From: an uncultured Candidatus Saccharibacteria bacterium
GTDB taxonomy: Bacteria; Patescibacteriota; Dojkabacteria; SC72; JAFGCJ01
Length of the DNA: 64,000 nucleotides
Reading direction: 5' to 3'
NCBI GenBank assembly: GCA_964481345.1
Contig: CAYZTC010000001.1
Coordinates: 71,766-135,765, forward strand
The position numbers and the translations under genes are program-made. The notes under the pieces are model-generated. The model was not told where the DNA came from, did no database searches, and was given only the letters and a program-made list of their open reading frames with translations. Shown here piece after piece: positions 49,729 through 60,745 of the stretch; position 1 is the stretch's first letter, and every line of letters begins with the position of its first letter.

Positions 49729-49771
49729 AAGTCTCGAGGTACTCAGAAACTTGATTGCCGCCGAACGATCT
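49729..49771 (-). repeat. Dispersed ~46-bp post-stop motif, copy 5
   Basis: Minus strand gatcgttcg..caagttt..ctcgagactt(actaca), about 90 nt after the dnaK stop. Confidence 0.5.
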
Positions 49772-49859
49772 ATTCAACCCACAACGCAGGACTAGATGAC
49801 CATAGTTCCTTGTAACGTAGCGAAGGCAGCCTTGGCTCGGCGCAGCGTAGCAAAGATGG

Positions 49860-51806
49860 CTATTTCACAACCTCACCCTCTTGAACTCCGCCTTTGGCAG
49901 GATCTTCTTTCTTATCATCCTTCTTTTCCTTTTTATCTTTTTTGTCCTTCTTGTCCTTCTTTTTGCCCTTCTTTTCTTCTTTTTCCACTTCCTTTGCAGC
50001 TGACTCATATAGTCCTTTACCTACCTCCTGAAGACTCTTTGATAAGTCCTTTGTCTTATCTTTTACTATTTCCTTATCAAAATCTTCTTTCTGTATCTCT
50101 TTCTTCAAGTCTTCAACTTTTTTCTTAATATCCTCTGCTTTTGATTTATCAACTTTATCCTTGTTTTCGTCAATTAATTTTTCTGCACTGAAGCAAAGGG
50201 TATCTGCCTCATTTCTTACTTCAGCCCTCTCTTTCTTCTTCTTATCCTCTGCCGCATGTTTTGTTGCCTCTTCAACCATCCTATCAACCTCATCTTCCGA
50301 AAGATTTGTAGAAGCAGTAATAGTTATATCTTTTTTCTTACTAGTTGCTTTATCCAAAGCAGTTACATTTAGTATTCCATTCGCATCTATCTTAAACATA
50401 ACCTCTATCTGAGGGATTCCCCTTGGAGCAGGTGGAATTCCATCCAGTATGAACTTCCCAAGGGTTTTGTTATCTGCCGCCATATCCCTTTCCCCTTGAA
50501 GTACATGCACCTCAACTGCTGGCTGGTTATCGGCTGCGGTAGAAAAAATTTGTTTCTTCTCAACGGGAATCGTAGTGTTTCTATCGATAAGCCTCGTCAT
50601 TACTCCACCTAAAGTCTCAAGTCCAAGAGACAAGGGCGTCACATCCAAAAGTGTTATATCCTTAACTTCTCCACCAAGTATACCCGCCTGAATCGCAGCA
50701 CCAACACTTACAACCTCATCGGGATTTACAGATTTATTTGACTCTTTACCAAACAGCTCCACTGCTTTCTTCTGAACAGCTGGCATCCTTGTCATACCTC
50801 CGACTAAAAGCACCTCATCAATGTCTTCCTTTTTCAACTTAGAATCAGAGAGAGCCTTTTTACATGGTTCCACCGTTTTTTCAACTAAATCAGAAACCAG
50901 TTTTTCGAATTCTGCTCTTGTCAGTTCTTTATTAAAATGCTTTGCACCTTTTTCATCTGCTGTAATAAATGGAATATTAATTATTGTTTTTTCAGATGAA
51001 GAAAGCTCTATCTTTGCTTTTTCTGAAGCATCTTTAAGTCTTTGCAATGCTGTCTTATCTTCTCTAAGGTCTATTCCTTCATTATTTTTAAATTCATCCG
51101 CAAGATAATCTATGAGTTTCTGGTCAAAGTTATCTCCCCCAAGATGGGTATCTCCATTTGTAGAAAGTACCTCAAAAACTCCATCCCCAATTTCGAGGAT
51201 AGAAATATCGAAAGTCCCACCACCCAGGTCAAACACAGCAATCTTTTCGTCCTTCTTTTTATCCATACCATATGCAAGTGCTGCCGCAGTTGGCTCATTA
51301 ATAGTCCGTTTAACGTTGAATCCAGCAATTTTGCCTGCGTCCTTTGTAGCTTGCCTTTGTGAGTCATCAAAATACGCCGGGACAGTAATTACAGCATCCC
51401 TAACTTTTTCACCAAGATACTCTTCAGCATCAGTCTTCATCTTTGCAAGAACTTTTGCAGAAATTTCTTGAGGGGTCACCCATTTGTCTCCAAACTTAAT
51501 CTCCACTCCATTATTCTTTCCCTCCCTCATCTCAAAGGGCAAATGTTTTTTATCTATACCCACAGCAGGATCATCCCACCTTCTTCCAACTAATCTTTTT
51601 ACAGAATAAATCGTGTTTTCAGGATTAGTCACTGCCTGATTTTTGGCTGGCATACCAACGATTTCCTCCCCTTTATCCGAAATTGCTACAACAGATGGTG
51701 TAAGCCTTCCACCCTGAGAGTTCGGGATTACTGTTGGATTTCCAGCTTGCATAAAAGACATTACTGAGTTTGTCGTACCCAGATCTATTCCTAGTATTTT
51801 TGACAT
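49860..51806 (-). CDS. dnaK: Chaperone DnaK
   Basis: [37 protein letters not shown]. Confidence 0.98.
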   Translation of the reverse strand: MSKILGIDLGTTNSVMSFMQAGNPTVIPNSQGGRLTPSVVAISDKGEEIVGMPAKNQAVTNPENTIYSVKRLVGRRWDDPAVGIDKKHLPFEMREGKNNGVEIKFGDKWVTPQEISAKVLAKMKTDAEEYLGEKVRDAVITVPAYFDDSQRQATKDAGKIAGFNVKRTINEPTAAALAYGMDKKKDEKIAVFDLGGGTFDISILEIGDGVFEVLSTNGDTHLGGDNFDQKLIDYLADEFKNNEGIDLREDKTALQRLKDASEKAKIELSSSEKTIINIPFITADEKGAKHFNKELTRAEFEKLVSDLVEKTVEPCKKALSDSKLKKEDIDEVLLVGGMTRMPAVQKKAVELFGKESNKSVNPDEVVSVGAAIQAGILGGEVKDITLLDVTPLSLGLETLGGVMTRLIDRNTTIPVEKKQIFSTAADNQPAVEVHVLQGERDMAADNKTLGKFILDGIPPAPRGIPQIEVMFKIDANGILNVTALDKATSKKKDITITASTNLSEDEVDRMVEEATKHAAEDKKKKERAEVRNEADTLCFSAEKLIDENKDKVDKSKAEDIKKKVEDLKKEIQKEDFDKEIVKDKTKDLSKSLQEVGKGLYESAAKEVEKEEKKGKKKDKKDKKDKKEKKDDKKEDPAKGGVQEGEVVK

Positions 51807-51825
51807 TTCAGTTTATATTAATAAG

Positions 51826-52296
51826 TTATTTTTTCTTTTCTATTTTTGAAACAATGACCCTCGCAGGCCTCACTACAACTTCACCAAGCATGTAACCATT
51901 TTGAACAACTTTTACTACTGTCCCATCTTTACCCTCATTCACAGTCCCGATAGCTTCATGCATGTTTGGGTCAAACTTATCTCCCTTTTTCACACTCACT
52001 ACCTCTCCGCCTAGGCTCTGTATGACAGTATAAAACTTTTCCAAAATACCTCTTACACCCTCTCTCCATCCCTTTTCATCAGTAACCTTATCAATTGCAA
52101 GATCGATATCATCTGCAAGATTAATCAAATCTTTCATTACAGACTTTCTTATCATCACTTCCTCAAAATCCAATCTTTTCCCCATATCTCTTTTTAAATT
52201 TTGGTAATCAGATAAAACTTTTTTAAGCTGGTTTTCCAATTCCTTGATCTTTTTTTCTTGATCCGAGGATTGTTTAATTTTTCTTTCTTTAGCCAT
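51826..52296 (-). CDS. grpE: Nucleotide exchange factor GrpE
   Basis: FDPNMHEA, QNGY...VRPARV; between hrcA and dnaK. Confidence 0.95.
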   Translation of the reverse strand: MAKERKIKQSSDQEKKIKELENQLKKVLSDYQNLKRDMGKRLDFEEVMIRKSVMKDLINLADDIDLAIDKVTDEKGWREGVRGILEKFYTVIQSLGGEVVSVKKGDKFDPNMHEAIGTVNEGKDGTVVKVVQNGYMLGEVVVRPARVIVSKIEKKK

Positions 52297-52318
52297 AATA
52301 ATTGAATGAGAAGTAATA

Positions 52319-53044
52319 TTACCAACCTTTCACAGAATCCTCCATAACATCCCTTACAAATCTGACTGTGGGAATTACAGATGAATACCTCATCCTTTTA
52401 GGACCAAGAACACCTATATACCCATCTTTATCTCCGATGTATCCAAATTTAGAAAACACCATAGAACAATTTCCCATGCTCTCCCTCCCACACTCCTGGC
52501 CGATCAAAACACAAACGTCCGCCGTCTGAGATTTATTAAACATTGCTGAAATTGTCTTCTTGTCTTCAATCATCACCAGTATATCTTCTATCACATTAAT
52601 TTTTCTCAACTCCTTATATTTTGTAAGTTTTGATACTCCAGTAAATCTTATATCATCATCCATCTGACTTACTGCTGCGTAACCTGTATTGTCTGATAAA
52701 AAGTCCATCACCTCATTAACAAACTCCTCCTCGTCAAACCTCTTTTGGAATATTGAAAGTCTCGCATGAACTTCCTCAATATTTGGTAGAGCTCTTTCTT
52801 CAAGCATCTCTTTTATAAAATATCTAAAAGCAAGGTCCGTAGGAGTACGACCGCTTGATGAGTGGTCCTTATCCAAGTATCCCATCTCAGAAAGCACAGC
52901 CATATCATTTCTTACTGTTGCCGAACTTACACCAAGGTTGTGTCTTGTCACAACACTCATTGACCCAACCGCATTTGCTCTCTTCATAAAATCTCTTATC
53001 ACTGCAAGTAAGATCTGTTTTTGTCTTTCTGTGAGATTACTCAT
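52319..53044 (-). CDS. hrcA: Heat-inducible repressor HrcA (short form)
   Basis: LTERQKQIL, SSATVRNDM, HSSSGRTPT, GVLGPKRMRY. Confidence 0.95.
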   Translation of the reverse strand: MSNLTERQKQILLAVIRDFMKRANAVGSMSVVTRHNLGVSSATVRNDMAVLSEMGYLDKDHSSSGRTPTDLAFRYFIKEMLEERALPNIEEVHARLSIFQKRFDEEEFVNEVMDFLSDNTGYAAVSQMDDDIRFTGVSKLTKYKELRKINVIEDILVMIEDKKTISAMFNKSQTADVCVLIGQECGRESMGNCSMVFSKFGYIGDKDGYIGVLGPKRMRYSSVIPTVRFVRDVMEDSVKGW

Positions 53045-53051
53045 TTATTTT

Positions 53052-53106
53052 CTAGCAGTCATCTTATTCGTCTGCTAATAATAATACCCAAGCAGTCATA
53101 TGTCAA
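53052..53106 (-). promoter_or_regulatory. hrcA promoter (TTGACA-17-TATTAT) and variant CIRCE
   Basis: CIRCE ttagcagac-N9-gactgctag at 53078-53052; -35 at 53106-53101. Confidence 0.85.
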
Positions 53107-53133
53107 TAAATTTGATAGAATAAAACATTACAA

Positions 53134-53703
53134 ATGGGAAATGATTTACGAAAACAACTTGAAGAATTAAAAGATCAAAACAAACGCCTTAAGACTGCAC
53201 TTCTGAAGGCATATACCGACCCACTTACAGGATTATGGAATAGAACCTATTTTGAAAAATTTAAGGTAAAAATTCAGAATAGTAAAAACCCTATTGGGAT
53301 AGTATACATCGATGCAAACAAACTCAAATATATCAATGATAAATTTGGGCATACTGTCGGAGATAAGTATTTGGCTGATACCGGAAAACTTCTCACAAAT
53401 AGCACCAAAAGAAAAAGTGACTTTGCCTTCAGAATAGGAGGAGATGAATTCCTGTTAATTCTTGCACTTGGTGGGAATAATCCAGGCAAAGGGCTAGACG
53501 TTGTGTTAAATAGAATAAGTACTAATTTAAAGAATATTAACAAAAAAATAGTTAAAGAAGGCAAAATAGAAATATCAATCGCAATCGGATCATCCATAAA
53601 AACTAAAGATCTTCAACTAACAAAGGCCATACAAAAAGCGGAAGACCTTATGTATAAGCACAAAAAACTCCAAAAACAAAAAGACCCCACCCTGGCTAGG
53701 TGA
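53134..53703 (+). CDS. GGDEF diguanylate cyclase
   Basis: DPLTGLWNR, KYINDKFGH..GD, FRIGGDEF; N-terminal coiled coil. Confidence 0.92.
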   Translation: MGNDLRKQLEELKDQNKRLKTALLKAYTDPLTGLWNRTYFEKFKVKIQNSKNPIGIVYIDANKLKYINDKFGHTVGDKYLADTGKLLTNSTKRKSDFAFRIGGDEFLLILALGGNNPGKGLDVVLNRISTNLKNINKKIVKEGKIEISIAIGSSIKTKDLQLTKAIQKAEDLMYKHKKLQKQKDPTLAR

Positions 53704-54055
53704 TCCCCTCATAATGCCTCAAATCTACATCCCTACAATCCTTTGACAACCTAATCCCAATTACGTCTATCCTACAAATACCTGAATACTCAGTACCCTC
53801 ACAGTATTCCTCAGCCAGAGTAAGAAGCTTGGATAATTTTCTAAACCCAACAGTCTCCTCAGGAAAATAAAACAACCCCGGTCTTTTGGTCCTTACCTCC
53901 ACCAAAACAAGTATTTCATCAAGATAACAAACCACGTCCAACTCTCCTGACTTCAATACAAGATTCCTTTTAACAATTTTATACCCATGATCTTTAAGGT
54001 ATCTACATGCTATATCCTCACCAATTTTCCCAATGTCCTTTTTAGATGTTTTCAT
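53696..54055 (-). CDS. yraN: YraN family protein
   Basis: GEDIACRYL..GY..RN..GELD..VEVRT..RIDVI. Confidence 0.9.
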   Translation of the reverse strand: MKTSKKDIGKIGEDIACRYLKDHGYKIVKRNLVLKSGELDVVCYLDEILVLVEVRTKRPGLFYFPEETVGFRKLSKLLTLAEEYCEGTEYSGICRIDVIGIRLSKDCRDVDLRHYEGIT

Positions 54056-55574
54056 CCACCTTTGCCTTATACATTAAGGATTGTGCCATATGTTCTTTTT
54101 CAATTTTCAAGGATCCTTCTAAATCTGCAATCGTTCTTGATAATTTAACCATCCTGAAGTATGCCCTTGCAGACAAATGAAATCTACCAATAAACCCCTT
54201 AAGTAACATCTCAGTGTCGTGATCTAATTTACAATATTTCTTTATGTCTGCATTTTTCATATCAGAATTTGTTTGAAGAGACACTCCGTCAAACCTTTTA
54301 GCTTGAATTTCTCTTGCTTTTTCCACCCTTTCTTTTATTTTTTGGGTAGATTCACTATTGCTTGACTGGCTCAAGGAAAGTTTTTTAGTCTCAACTGGAT
54401 TTACAAAAATATCCATATCAAATCTGTCAAGTATGGGACCTGAAAGCTTCTTTCTATAATTTATTATCTGCCTCGGAGTACACCGGCATTCTTTTTGAGG
54501 ATGGTTTAGAAATCCACAAGGACATGGATTTGAAGACGCCACCAACATAAACTTTGCAGGGAATGTAAACTGACCTCTACTTCTTGATATCGTTACTATA
54601 CCATCCTCGATAGGTTGTCTTAATGCCTCAAGTACATTTCTTGGAAACTCTGAGAACTCATCAAGGTAAAGAACTCCCCTATGAGCTAGACTTACTTCTC
54701 CGGGATGTGGTATAGATCCACCACCGATTAGGCCCACCGAAGATGTAGAATGATGAGGACTCCTAAACGGTCTCATCTTCACCAAGGTACCACCCGGAGG
54801 AATATTTCCTGTCGATGAATAAATTCTTGTTACTTCTAATGACTCACTGCCATTTAGCACCGGTAGAATCCCAGGGATTGCCTTTGCCAACATCGTTTTT
54901 CCAGAACCTGGAGGACCTACAAGAAGAAGATTGTGCCCACCTGCTGCTGCAATCTCCACAGACCTTTTTGCAAATTCCTGTCCAATAATATCCATAAAAT
55001 CAAAATCAGGCTCTATACCAAGTTCCTCTTCACTACCTCTCGCCTTTTTTAAGAACTCAATTTTCTTTCTGCCAGATATATGTAGAATTAATTTTGATAA
55101 TGTTTTCACTGGATATATTTTTACCCCATCAATCCCCATTGCCTCATTTGCAGATTGCTCTGGTACATAAATGTCCTTTACTCCTATTTCCCTTGATAGT
55201 AACGCCAAAACAAATACGCCTTTTGTATGACGGAGAGACCCATCTAATGATAACTCTCCATAAAATATTGACTTCTCTGGAATTGAAAACTCAAATATCG
55301 TTGAGATAATCCCAAGTGCTATCGGTAAATCATAGAAAGACCCTGTCTTTGGAATATCGGCTGGTGCAAGATTAACAGTAATCTTTCTCGAAGGGAATTT
55401 TACACCAGAGTTTGATATTGCCGTTCTTACCCTTAACTTCGATTCTTCAACTTCCTTACCTGGCAGACCAACGAGTGCAAAGTTAGGAAGTCCCCTCCCA
55501 CTAACATCAACCTCAACATCCACTTTTATCATCTCAATTCCAACATTTGCTGCAGAACATACCTTAATCAGCAT
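54042..55574 (-). CDS. comM: ComM/YifB Mg-chelatase-like AAA+ ATPase
   Basis: NLAPAD, GPPGSGKT, PFRSPHHS, PGEVSLAHRGVLYLDE, NPCPCG; start moved to MLIKV. Confidence 0.94.
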   Translation of the reverse strand: MLIKVCSAANVGIEMIKVDVEVDVSGRGLPNFALVGLPGKEVEESKLRVRTAISNSGVKFPSRKITVNLAPADIPKTGSFYDLPIALGIISTIFEFSIPEKSIFYGELSLDGSLRHTKGVFVLALLSREIGVKDIYVPEQSANEAMGIDGVKIYPVKTLSKLILHISGRKKIEFLKKARGSEEELGIEPDFDFMDIIGQEFAKRSVEIAAAGGHNLLLVGPPGSGKTMLAKAIPGILPVLNGSESLEVTRIYSSTGNIPPGGTLVKMRPFRSPHHSTSSVGLIGGGSIPHPGEVSLAHRGVLYLDEFSEFPRNVLEALRQPIEDGIVTISRSRGQFTFPAKFMLVASSNPCPCGFLNHPQKECRCTPRQIINYRKKLSGPILDRFDMDIFVNPVETKKLSLSQSSNSESTQKIKERVEKAREIQAKRFDGVSLQTNSDMKNADIKKYCKLDHDTEMLLKGFIGRFHLSARAYFRMVKLSRTIADLEGSLKIEKEHMAQSLMYKAKVDENI

Positions 55575-56424
55575 ATAGTTTCCCGCCTTCCTCATAGATC
55601 AATCCATCCAACTGAAGGATACTCACAGTCATACTCAACGTAGCAACATCCATCTTAATTCTCCTAGACAAATCATCCATAGATATCGGGGCATCTTTTA
55701 TCTCATCTAAAATATTCTTCTCTTTCCCGGAAAGTTTTCTTGTTGTGATTACTTTCTTCTTTTGTATATATTTTGAGTCCGAAAAATAGCTCACAATATC
55801 ATCCAATGAAAAAAGAATGGAAGCATAGTTATTTATTAATTTGTTCGTTCCAAATGAAACATCGCTAAATATTGACCCCGGCACAGCAAATACCTTCCTC
55901 CCATATTCTTTTGCTAGCCCAGCAGTAATCAATGACCCACTTTCTTTTCCAGCCTCAACAATAATTGTGATATCGCTCAAACCCGCAATTATTCGATTTC
56001 TTCTTGGATAAGTCCAAACTGCAGGGGGTGTAGTTGACTCATACTCAGAGACAACTAATCCTCCCTTCTCCAAAATTTCTTCATACAAATCCCCCTGATA
56101 CGCCGGATGTATCACGTCAATACCGCAAGGCATAACCGCAATTGTCCTCCCGTGATTTCTCAGCGCTGCCACATGAGAGGCAGCATCAACACCATACATG
56201 AAACCAGAAACAACAGTTATACCGGCAGATACCAACACTTCAACTATCTCCTCAGTCACATCCCTTCCATATCTTGTCATCTTTCTACTTCCCACAACTG
56301 CTACACATCTCTCGAATATCTCATTATCATAATCCCCCTTATAGAACAGTTTCTTCGGAGGATCTTCAATTTTTTGTAAAAGAGCTGGATATTCAGGACT
56401 GTTCAGATCTACCTCCCCCTGCAT
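55564..56424 (-). CDS. dprA: DNA processing protein DprA
   Basis: AVVGSR, VSGFMYGVD, PRRNRIIAGLS, SGSLITA, FAVPG. Confidence 0.95.
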   Translation of the reverse strand: MQGEVDLNSPEYPALLQKIEDPPKKLFYKGDYDNEIFERCVAVVGSRKMTRYGRDVTEEIVEVLVSAGITVVSGFMYGVDAASHVAALRNHGRTIAVMPCGIDVIHPAYQGDLYEEILEKGGLVVSEYESTTPPAVWTYPRRNRIIAGLSDITIIVEAGKESGSLITAGLAKEYGRKVFAVPGSIFSDVSFGTNKLINNYASILFSLDDIVSYFSDSKYIQKKKVITTRKLSGKEKNILDEIKDAPISMDDLSRRIKMDVATLSMTVSILQLDGLIYEEGGKLYAD

Positions 56425-56579
56425 GTAGCCAAACTACCAAAATTCAACCCAAATAATCAAAAAACGCCCCAAAAGTTAATGAAATTTTAATGAAGAAATG
56501 GAGGGGGCCTGTCCTAGACTTCAACAACCTCACATAGTAGACTTGTTAAAGCTTAAAAAATAACTATTGATAGCACTAA

Positions 56580-58808
56580 GTGAAGAAAAAAACGCAAATA
56601 ATATTAAGAAAAATCTCCCAGTACTGTATCTATGCAATCTTGTTTATAACACCTATCCTGTTTCTTCCATTCACATCTGACTACTTTGAATTTAATAAAA
56701 GCGTACTATTTATCGCTTTAACCTTAATAGGTCTTACATTCTGGACAATAAGCCTTGATCCAGATGAAGAAATTTCACTATGGAAATCAAAACTAGACAA
56801 ACCAACAGCCATACTGTTTGCCACAGCCCTTATTGGACTACTACTATCACAACATCACATCACCAGCCTAATAGGCTTTTCTGGTACACTTTCGAACTCC
56901 TTTTTACTTCTCGTTATTCTTATCGCCTTTGCGTTCCTTGTAAGAAACACCCTCATTGGCCAAAAATCAATCCACCGTGCATTTTGGTTTTTAGTTGCAA
57001 GCGGAACAACTGTTGCGATTATTACAGTACTTCAGTACTGGGGGATTTTTATCTTTAAATATTTAGAGATTCTTAGATTTACAACTTACAGAACATTTAC
57101 CACCCTTGGATACGAGGTTGTACTTCCATTTTTCCTTGTATCCCTAATTCCAATTGAGATGTACCTGTTGTTTAACTACAACAAAAATATCAAACATAAG
57201 ATTGTTCTAAGACTAATACTTTTTACCATCCTATATGCCATCATACTATCAAGCGGCAAAGTATGGACCTGGCCAGCACACACTACTATACCCTCCTCAG
57301 CCTTAATTATTTGGATAATGATAAAAACTTATGGTAAGAAATTTAAACTCGACAAAAAAATACTACCTCCACTGACCATACTATTATCCTTACTATTTCT
57401 GCTACACAACATTCCGGCAATTGAAAATAAGATTGTTACAACACAATCCTTCTACTCCACTCAACCTAAACTCTCACTAAGTACGAGCTGGAAAACACTG
57501 ACCAGCCAGTACTCCAATTCCGCTAAAGATATCATATTTGGAGGAGGGCCTGACACGTATGCATACACCTTCACAAAAAATAAACCGGCCTCCTATTCAA
57601 ATTCTGAAAATGCAGGAATTAGATTTGCGCGCTCCTCAACTCAAGTGATAGAAATTGCATCAAATTACGGAATCCTTGGAATTGCCGCATGGGGAGCATT
57701 TATCTACCTTTTTTACCTTCTTATTAAAAAAATATTTACAACAAAACGTGAAAGTGAATACTCATTTATTTTAGAAACACTGTGTATTGAGCTAGCCATA
57801 CTTTTACTGGCAGGATTTATGACGTTCTATACATCTATCATCTGGATTATGATATGGCTTTGTATTGGCTTAATATCAACCCTATACGTACTACATTTCC
57901 CGAGGGAAGCAGAAAGAACAGCACTTTCACTTGCGCTTTCTAAAGAATCTCTTACCGTAAACAAACAAAATGTGCTTCCAAGAATATCTCAAATACTTGC
58001 CATACTAACTACAATTGGAACAATATTTATTCTATCCAAACTATATATTGGGGAGTCTTACTATTTGGTTGGACAAAACGCTATAACAATCGGTGCAGAA
58101 AATGATGCGGAGATGATCGTCAACTATATGCAATCTAATAATTATTTTTCAGACGCAATTCGATTTTTCAAACTCAGAGATGATTATTATTCTGATAGAT
58201 CAATTGTGGTCATTAATTTCCTTAAAAAGTCTGTAGATATAGATAACCAAGAAGGTGAGTTTGAAGCCTTTAGTTCAGAACAAAACCAACTAAAAAATCT
58301 TTCAATTGATAGTCTGAAATCAGCTGTAAACTTGAACCCCATAAACGTCCGCAACTTTAAAGCCGCCGTATATATCTACGAAACACTTGTTCAACTTACA
58401 GGAGGAGAATATGCCACAGAGTTACTAGGTGCAACCAACAGCGGACTTGTACTAGACCCAAATGATCCAGAACTTCATCACAAAAAGGGAGTGTTGCTAT
58501 ATCTTGCAAACAGAGATGGTGCAGTAGAAGAAATCGAAAAAGCAATAGAGCTTGATTCCCTATATATACAAGCAAGATTTGACCTTGCAACAATACTCCA
58601 AGCAAGTGGGGATTTTGGAAGTGCCCAAAACCAGCTTGAACAAATTCTTCAAATTCTTGAAGAGTATGGACTTGAGGAACTCGACATTTACAACGAACTC
58701 GAAAGGGATATTAAAGACTATGAAAGAGGTTTCATCCCAGAAAATTTTCAACTAGGAACACTTGATAAAGATATTGAAGACATAGAAGAAGGAATAGAAG
58801 AAGAGTAG
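56580..58808 (+). CDS. O-antigen ligase-like membrane protein with C-terminal TPR repeats
   Basis: FEFNK, many TM segments, FGGGPDTY, TPR-like C-terminus. Confidence 0.75.
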   Translation: MKKKTQIILRKISQYCIYAILFITPILFLPFTSDYFEFNKSVLFIALTLIGLTFWTISLDPDEEISLWKSKLDKPTAILFATALIGLLLSQHHITSLIGFSGTLSNSFLLLVILIAFAFLVRNTLIGQKSIHRAFWFLVASGTTVAIITVLQYWGIFIFKYLEILRFTTYRTFTTLGYEVVLPFFLVSLIPIEMYLLFNYNKNIKHKIVLRLILFTILYAIILSSGKVWTWPAHTTIPSSALIIWIMIKTYGKKFKLDKKILPPLTILLSLLFLLHNIPAIENKIVTTQSFYSTQPKLSLSTSWKTLTSQYSNSAKDIIFGGGPDTYAYTFTKNKPASYSNSENAGIRFARSSTQVIEIASNYGILGIAAWGAFIYLFYLLIKKIFTTKRESEYSFILETLCIELAILLLAGFMTFYTSIIWIMIWLCIGLISTLYVLHFPREAERTALSLALSKESLTVNKQNVLPRISQILAILTTIGTIFILSKLYIGESYYLVGQNAITIGAENDAEMIVNYMQSNNYFSDAIRFFKLRDDYYSDRSIVVINFLKKSVDIDNQEGEFEAFSSEQNQLKNLSIDSLKSAVNLNPINVRNFKAAVYIYETLVQLTGGEYATELLGATNSGLVLDPNDPELHHKKGVLLYLANRDGAVEEIEKAIELDSLYIQARFDLATILQASGDFGSAQNQLEQILQILEEYGLEELDIYNELERDIKDYERGFIPENFQLGTLDKDIEDIEEGIEEE

Positions 58809-58910
58809 TCCCGAAACCCTGAGGTTGGGGCAGTAAACCTCAACTCATGATATCACGCTCGTGAAACATAATGCAATAGACACCGAAAAGCACGCATAAA
58901 CTAACATAAA

Positions 58911-59114
58911 TTATTCATATTTAATTGCACCAGAAGGGCATATGTTCACGATATCATCCATATTTTTATCCTGCAAATTTGCATCACCTTTTACCCCTAC
59001 CTTTCCATCTCCTGTAGGTTCAAAAACATCTGGGTATATAGAATAACATGTACCACAATTTGAACATAATTCTGGTACAACTTTTAGCTTTCTCGAGTTT
59101 TTTGAATCACTCAT
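58911..59114 (-). CDS. Ferredoxin (single cluster)
   Basis: CSNCGTC...PDVF...CPSGAI. Confidence 0.9.
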   Translation of the reverse strand: MSDSKNSRKLKVVPELCSNCGTCYSIYPDVFEPTGDGKVGVKGDANLQDKNMDDIVNICPSGAIKYE

Positions 59115-59132
59115 TACTCAAGAAGTATAATT

Positions 59133-60035
59133 TTATTTCTCTTCCATCTTACCACATATGCCAAACCACTCCTTATCAAAATGTTCCCTACCCATTGTAT
59201 CAATAATAATTTTAATACTTTTCCCCTTCCAAGGTTTATCCCTATAACTCAACCCATTAACTCTGCACACCAAGTAATAAATAAAGGTAACCTCTGACAT
59301 AGACACATCATGCATAAAGGTTGTAAGTCGATTGGAATCAAAAACAAACACGAAAGAATCGAACATCCTAATCTGCCTTACTACTAATTTATCAATAAAA
59401 CTTTTTAAGTGCTTATTTCCAAGATACATCCCCAATATCTCACTCATCCTAACCCAAGAACCCTTACTCTCATTGAATTTACGTAAAACACTTACAGTAC
59501 CGTCTTTAACATCCTCAATAAAACGACCTATCTCTTCTAATTCAGGAATTGGTGCTTGTCTGTTTACACCTGTAAATAAATTCTTACCCTTAATAAATCC
59601 TTTCTCTTTCATCACTTCAAAAACATCCATATTCCCAAAAGCCCAAGAAACGACCCTGTTGTACATACTCACCTCTGGATTAACTCTGTTTGTTATGAGA
59701 TTTATTAAGCCTCCACTACGTTCTACAACCCTTTTGGCCAAATCTAATCTCCCTGCAAGACTTTCTCTATATTTCTCTTTGTTAAAAACATTTCTTACTA
59801 GCGCAACCCAAAAAAATGGATCACCCACAAGAATTCCATCAGTATCAAAACAAACGATTGACTTGTTTTGAGAACAATGCTCTTCAAGCTTACAGATTGT
59901 GTTTTCAAACCCATCCGTTTCAACACAATCTATCTCAACATCCAACACTTTTCCAATACTTTCAAAAAACTCTGGATATGATCCCTTCGCAAAAGACTCA
60001 GCACACTCACTATATCTATTTATGTCCAAAGGCAT
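59133..60035 (-). CDS. Hypothetical protein, possibly HAD-like
   Basis: VCFDTDGIL and LITNR resemble HAD motifs I and II. Confidence 0.5.
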   Translation of the reverse strand: MPLDINRYSECAESFAKGSYPEFFESIGKVLDVEIDCVETDGFENTICKLEEHCSQNKSIVCFDTDGILVGDPFFWVALVRNVFNKEKYRESLAGRLDLAKRVVERSGGLINLITNRVNPEVSMYNRVVSWAFGNMDVFEVMKEKGFIKGKNLFTGVNRQAPIPELEEIGRFIEDVKDGTVSVLRKFNESKGSWVRMSEILGMYLGNKHLKSFIDKLVVRQIRMFDSFVFVFDSNRLTTFMHDVSMSEVTFIYYLVCRVNGLSYRDKPWKGKSIKIIIDTMGREHFDKEWFGICGKMEEK

Positions 60036-60066
60036 ATATCATTAAACGATAAATTATCCTTTTGTT

Positions 60067-60642
60067 TCACTTAAACATGGATGTTTGTGCAGATTGGGGC
60101 CTTTGCACATAACCTCTTGACCAGTCGACCTCTGTCTCTTTCACAAAACCAGATTTATCATAATAGCTAAGCTTACCTTTCTCCTCACCAAGCTTCCATA
60201 TCTCATACGTCAACCTTACATCTTCAAGGCAGTACTCCTCAAGCTTTTTTAACTCTCCCTTTTTCCAAAAATCAACAGCATCAACACCCGTTGCAATTTT
60301 AGACTTACCTAAATTAGCCCTTGCAAGATCATCAAGTTTAGGTCTGAACCCAATTGCCAGCTTCATAGCAACCATAAGATCCAACGTTGGAAGCTTCCAT
60401 AAATCAACATCTAAATATGGGCTTAAAACAGCATAATCAAAAAACCAAATATTATATCCAACAACCCTATCCGCATCTTTCAATATTTTCTCAAGCCTTG
60501 GAATATCTTTTTCCCAAAAACTATAGTACTTATCCTTATCACTATCATATCCTCCCGCAAAAGAAATCTCTAAACCTCCTGTCTTGCAACTTTCAATCCC
60601 TTCATAGTAAAGATGTTTTGTTTCTACATCGATAAATAACAT
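60067..60642 (-). CDS. RNase H-like (YprB / RNase_H_2-type) exonuclease domain protein
   Basis: FIDVET, VGYN..FD, KLDDLA, YCLEDVRLT; start moved to ATG 60642. Confidence 0.82.
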   Translation of the reverse strand: MLFIDVETKHLYYEGIESCKTGGLEISFAGGYDSDKDKYYSFWEKDIPRLEKILKDADRVVGYNIWFFDYAVLSPYLDVDLWKLPTLDLMVAMKLAIGFRPKLDDLARANLGKSKIATGVDAVDFWKKGELKKLEEYCLEDVRLTYEIWKLGEEKGKLSYYDKSGFVKETEVDWSRGYVQRPQSAQTSMFK

Positions 60643-60673
60643 ATTGTGATAAGGATTATACATCTTAAAACAA

Positions 60674-60726
60674 AAAACCATGAACAACATAGTATTTTAC
60701 TCCTTTGCTATGCGGTCATGGTTTTT
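60674..60726 (-). terminator. Long hairpin with U-tract downstream of hsp20
   Basis: aaaaaccatga...tcatggttttt inverted repeat. Confidence 0.5.
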
Positions 60727-60745
60727 AAAAGGCACTATCTTGATA

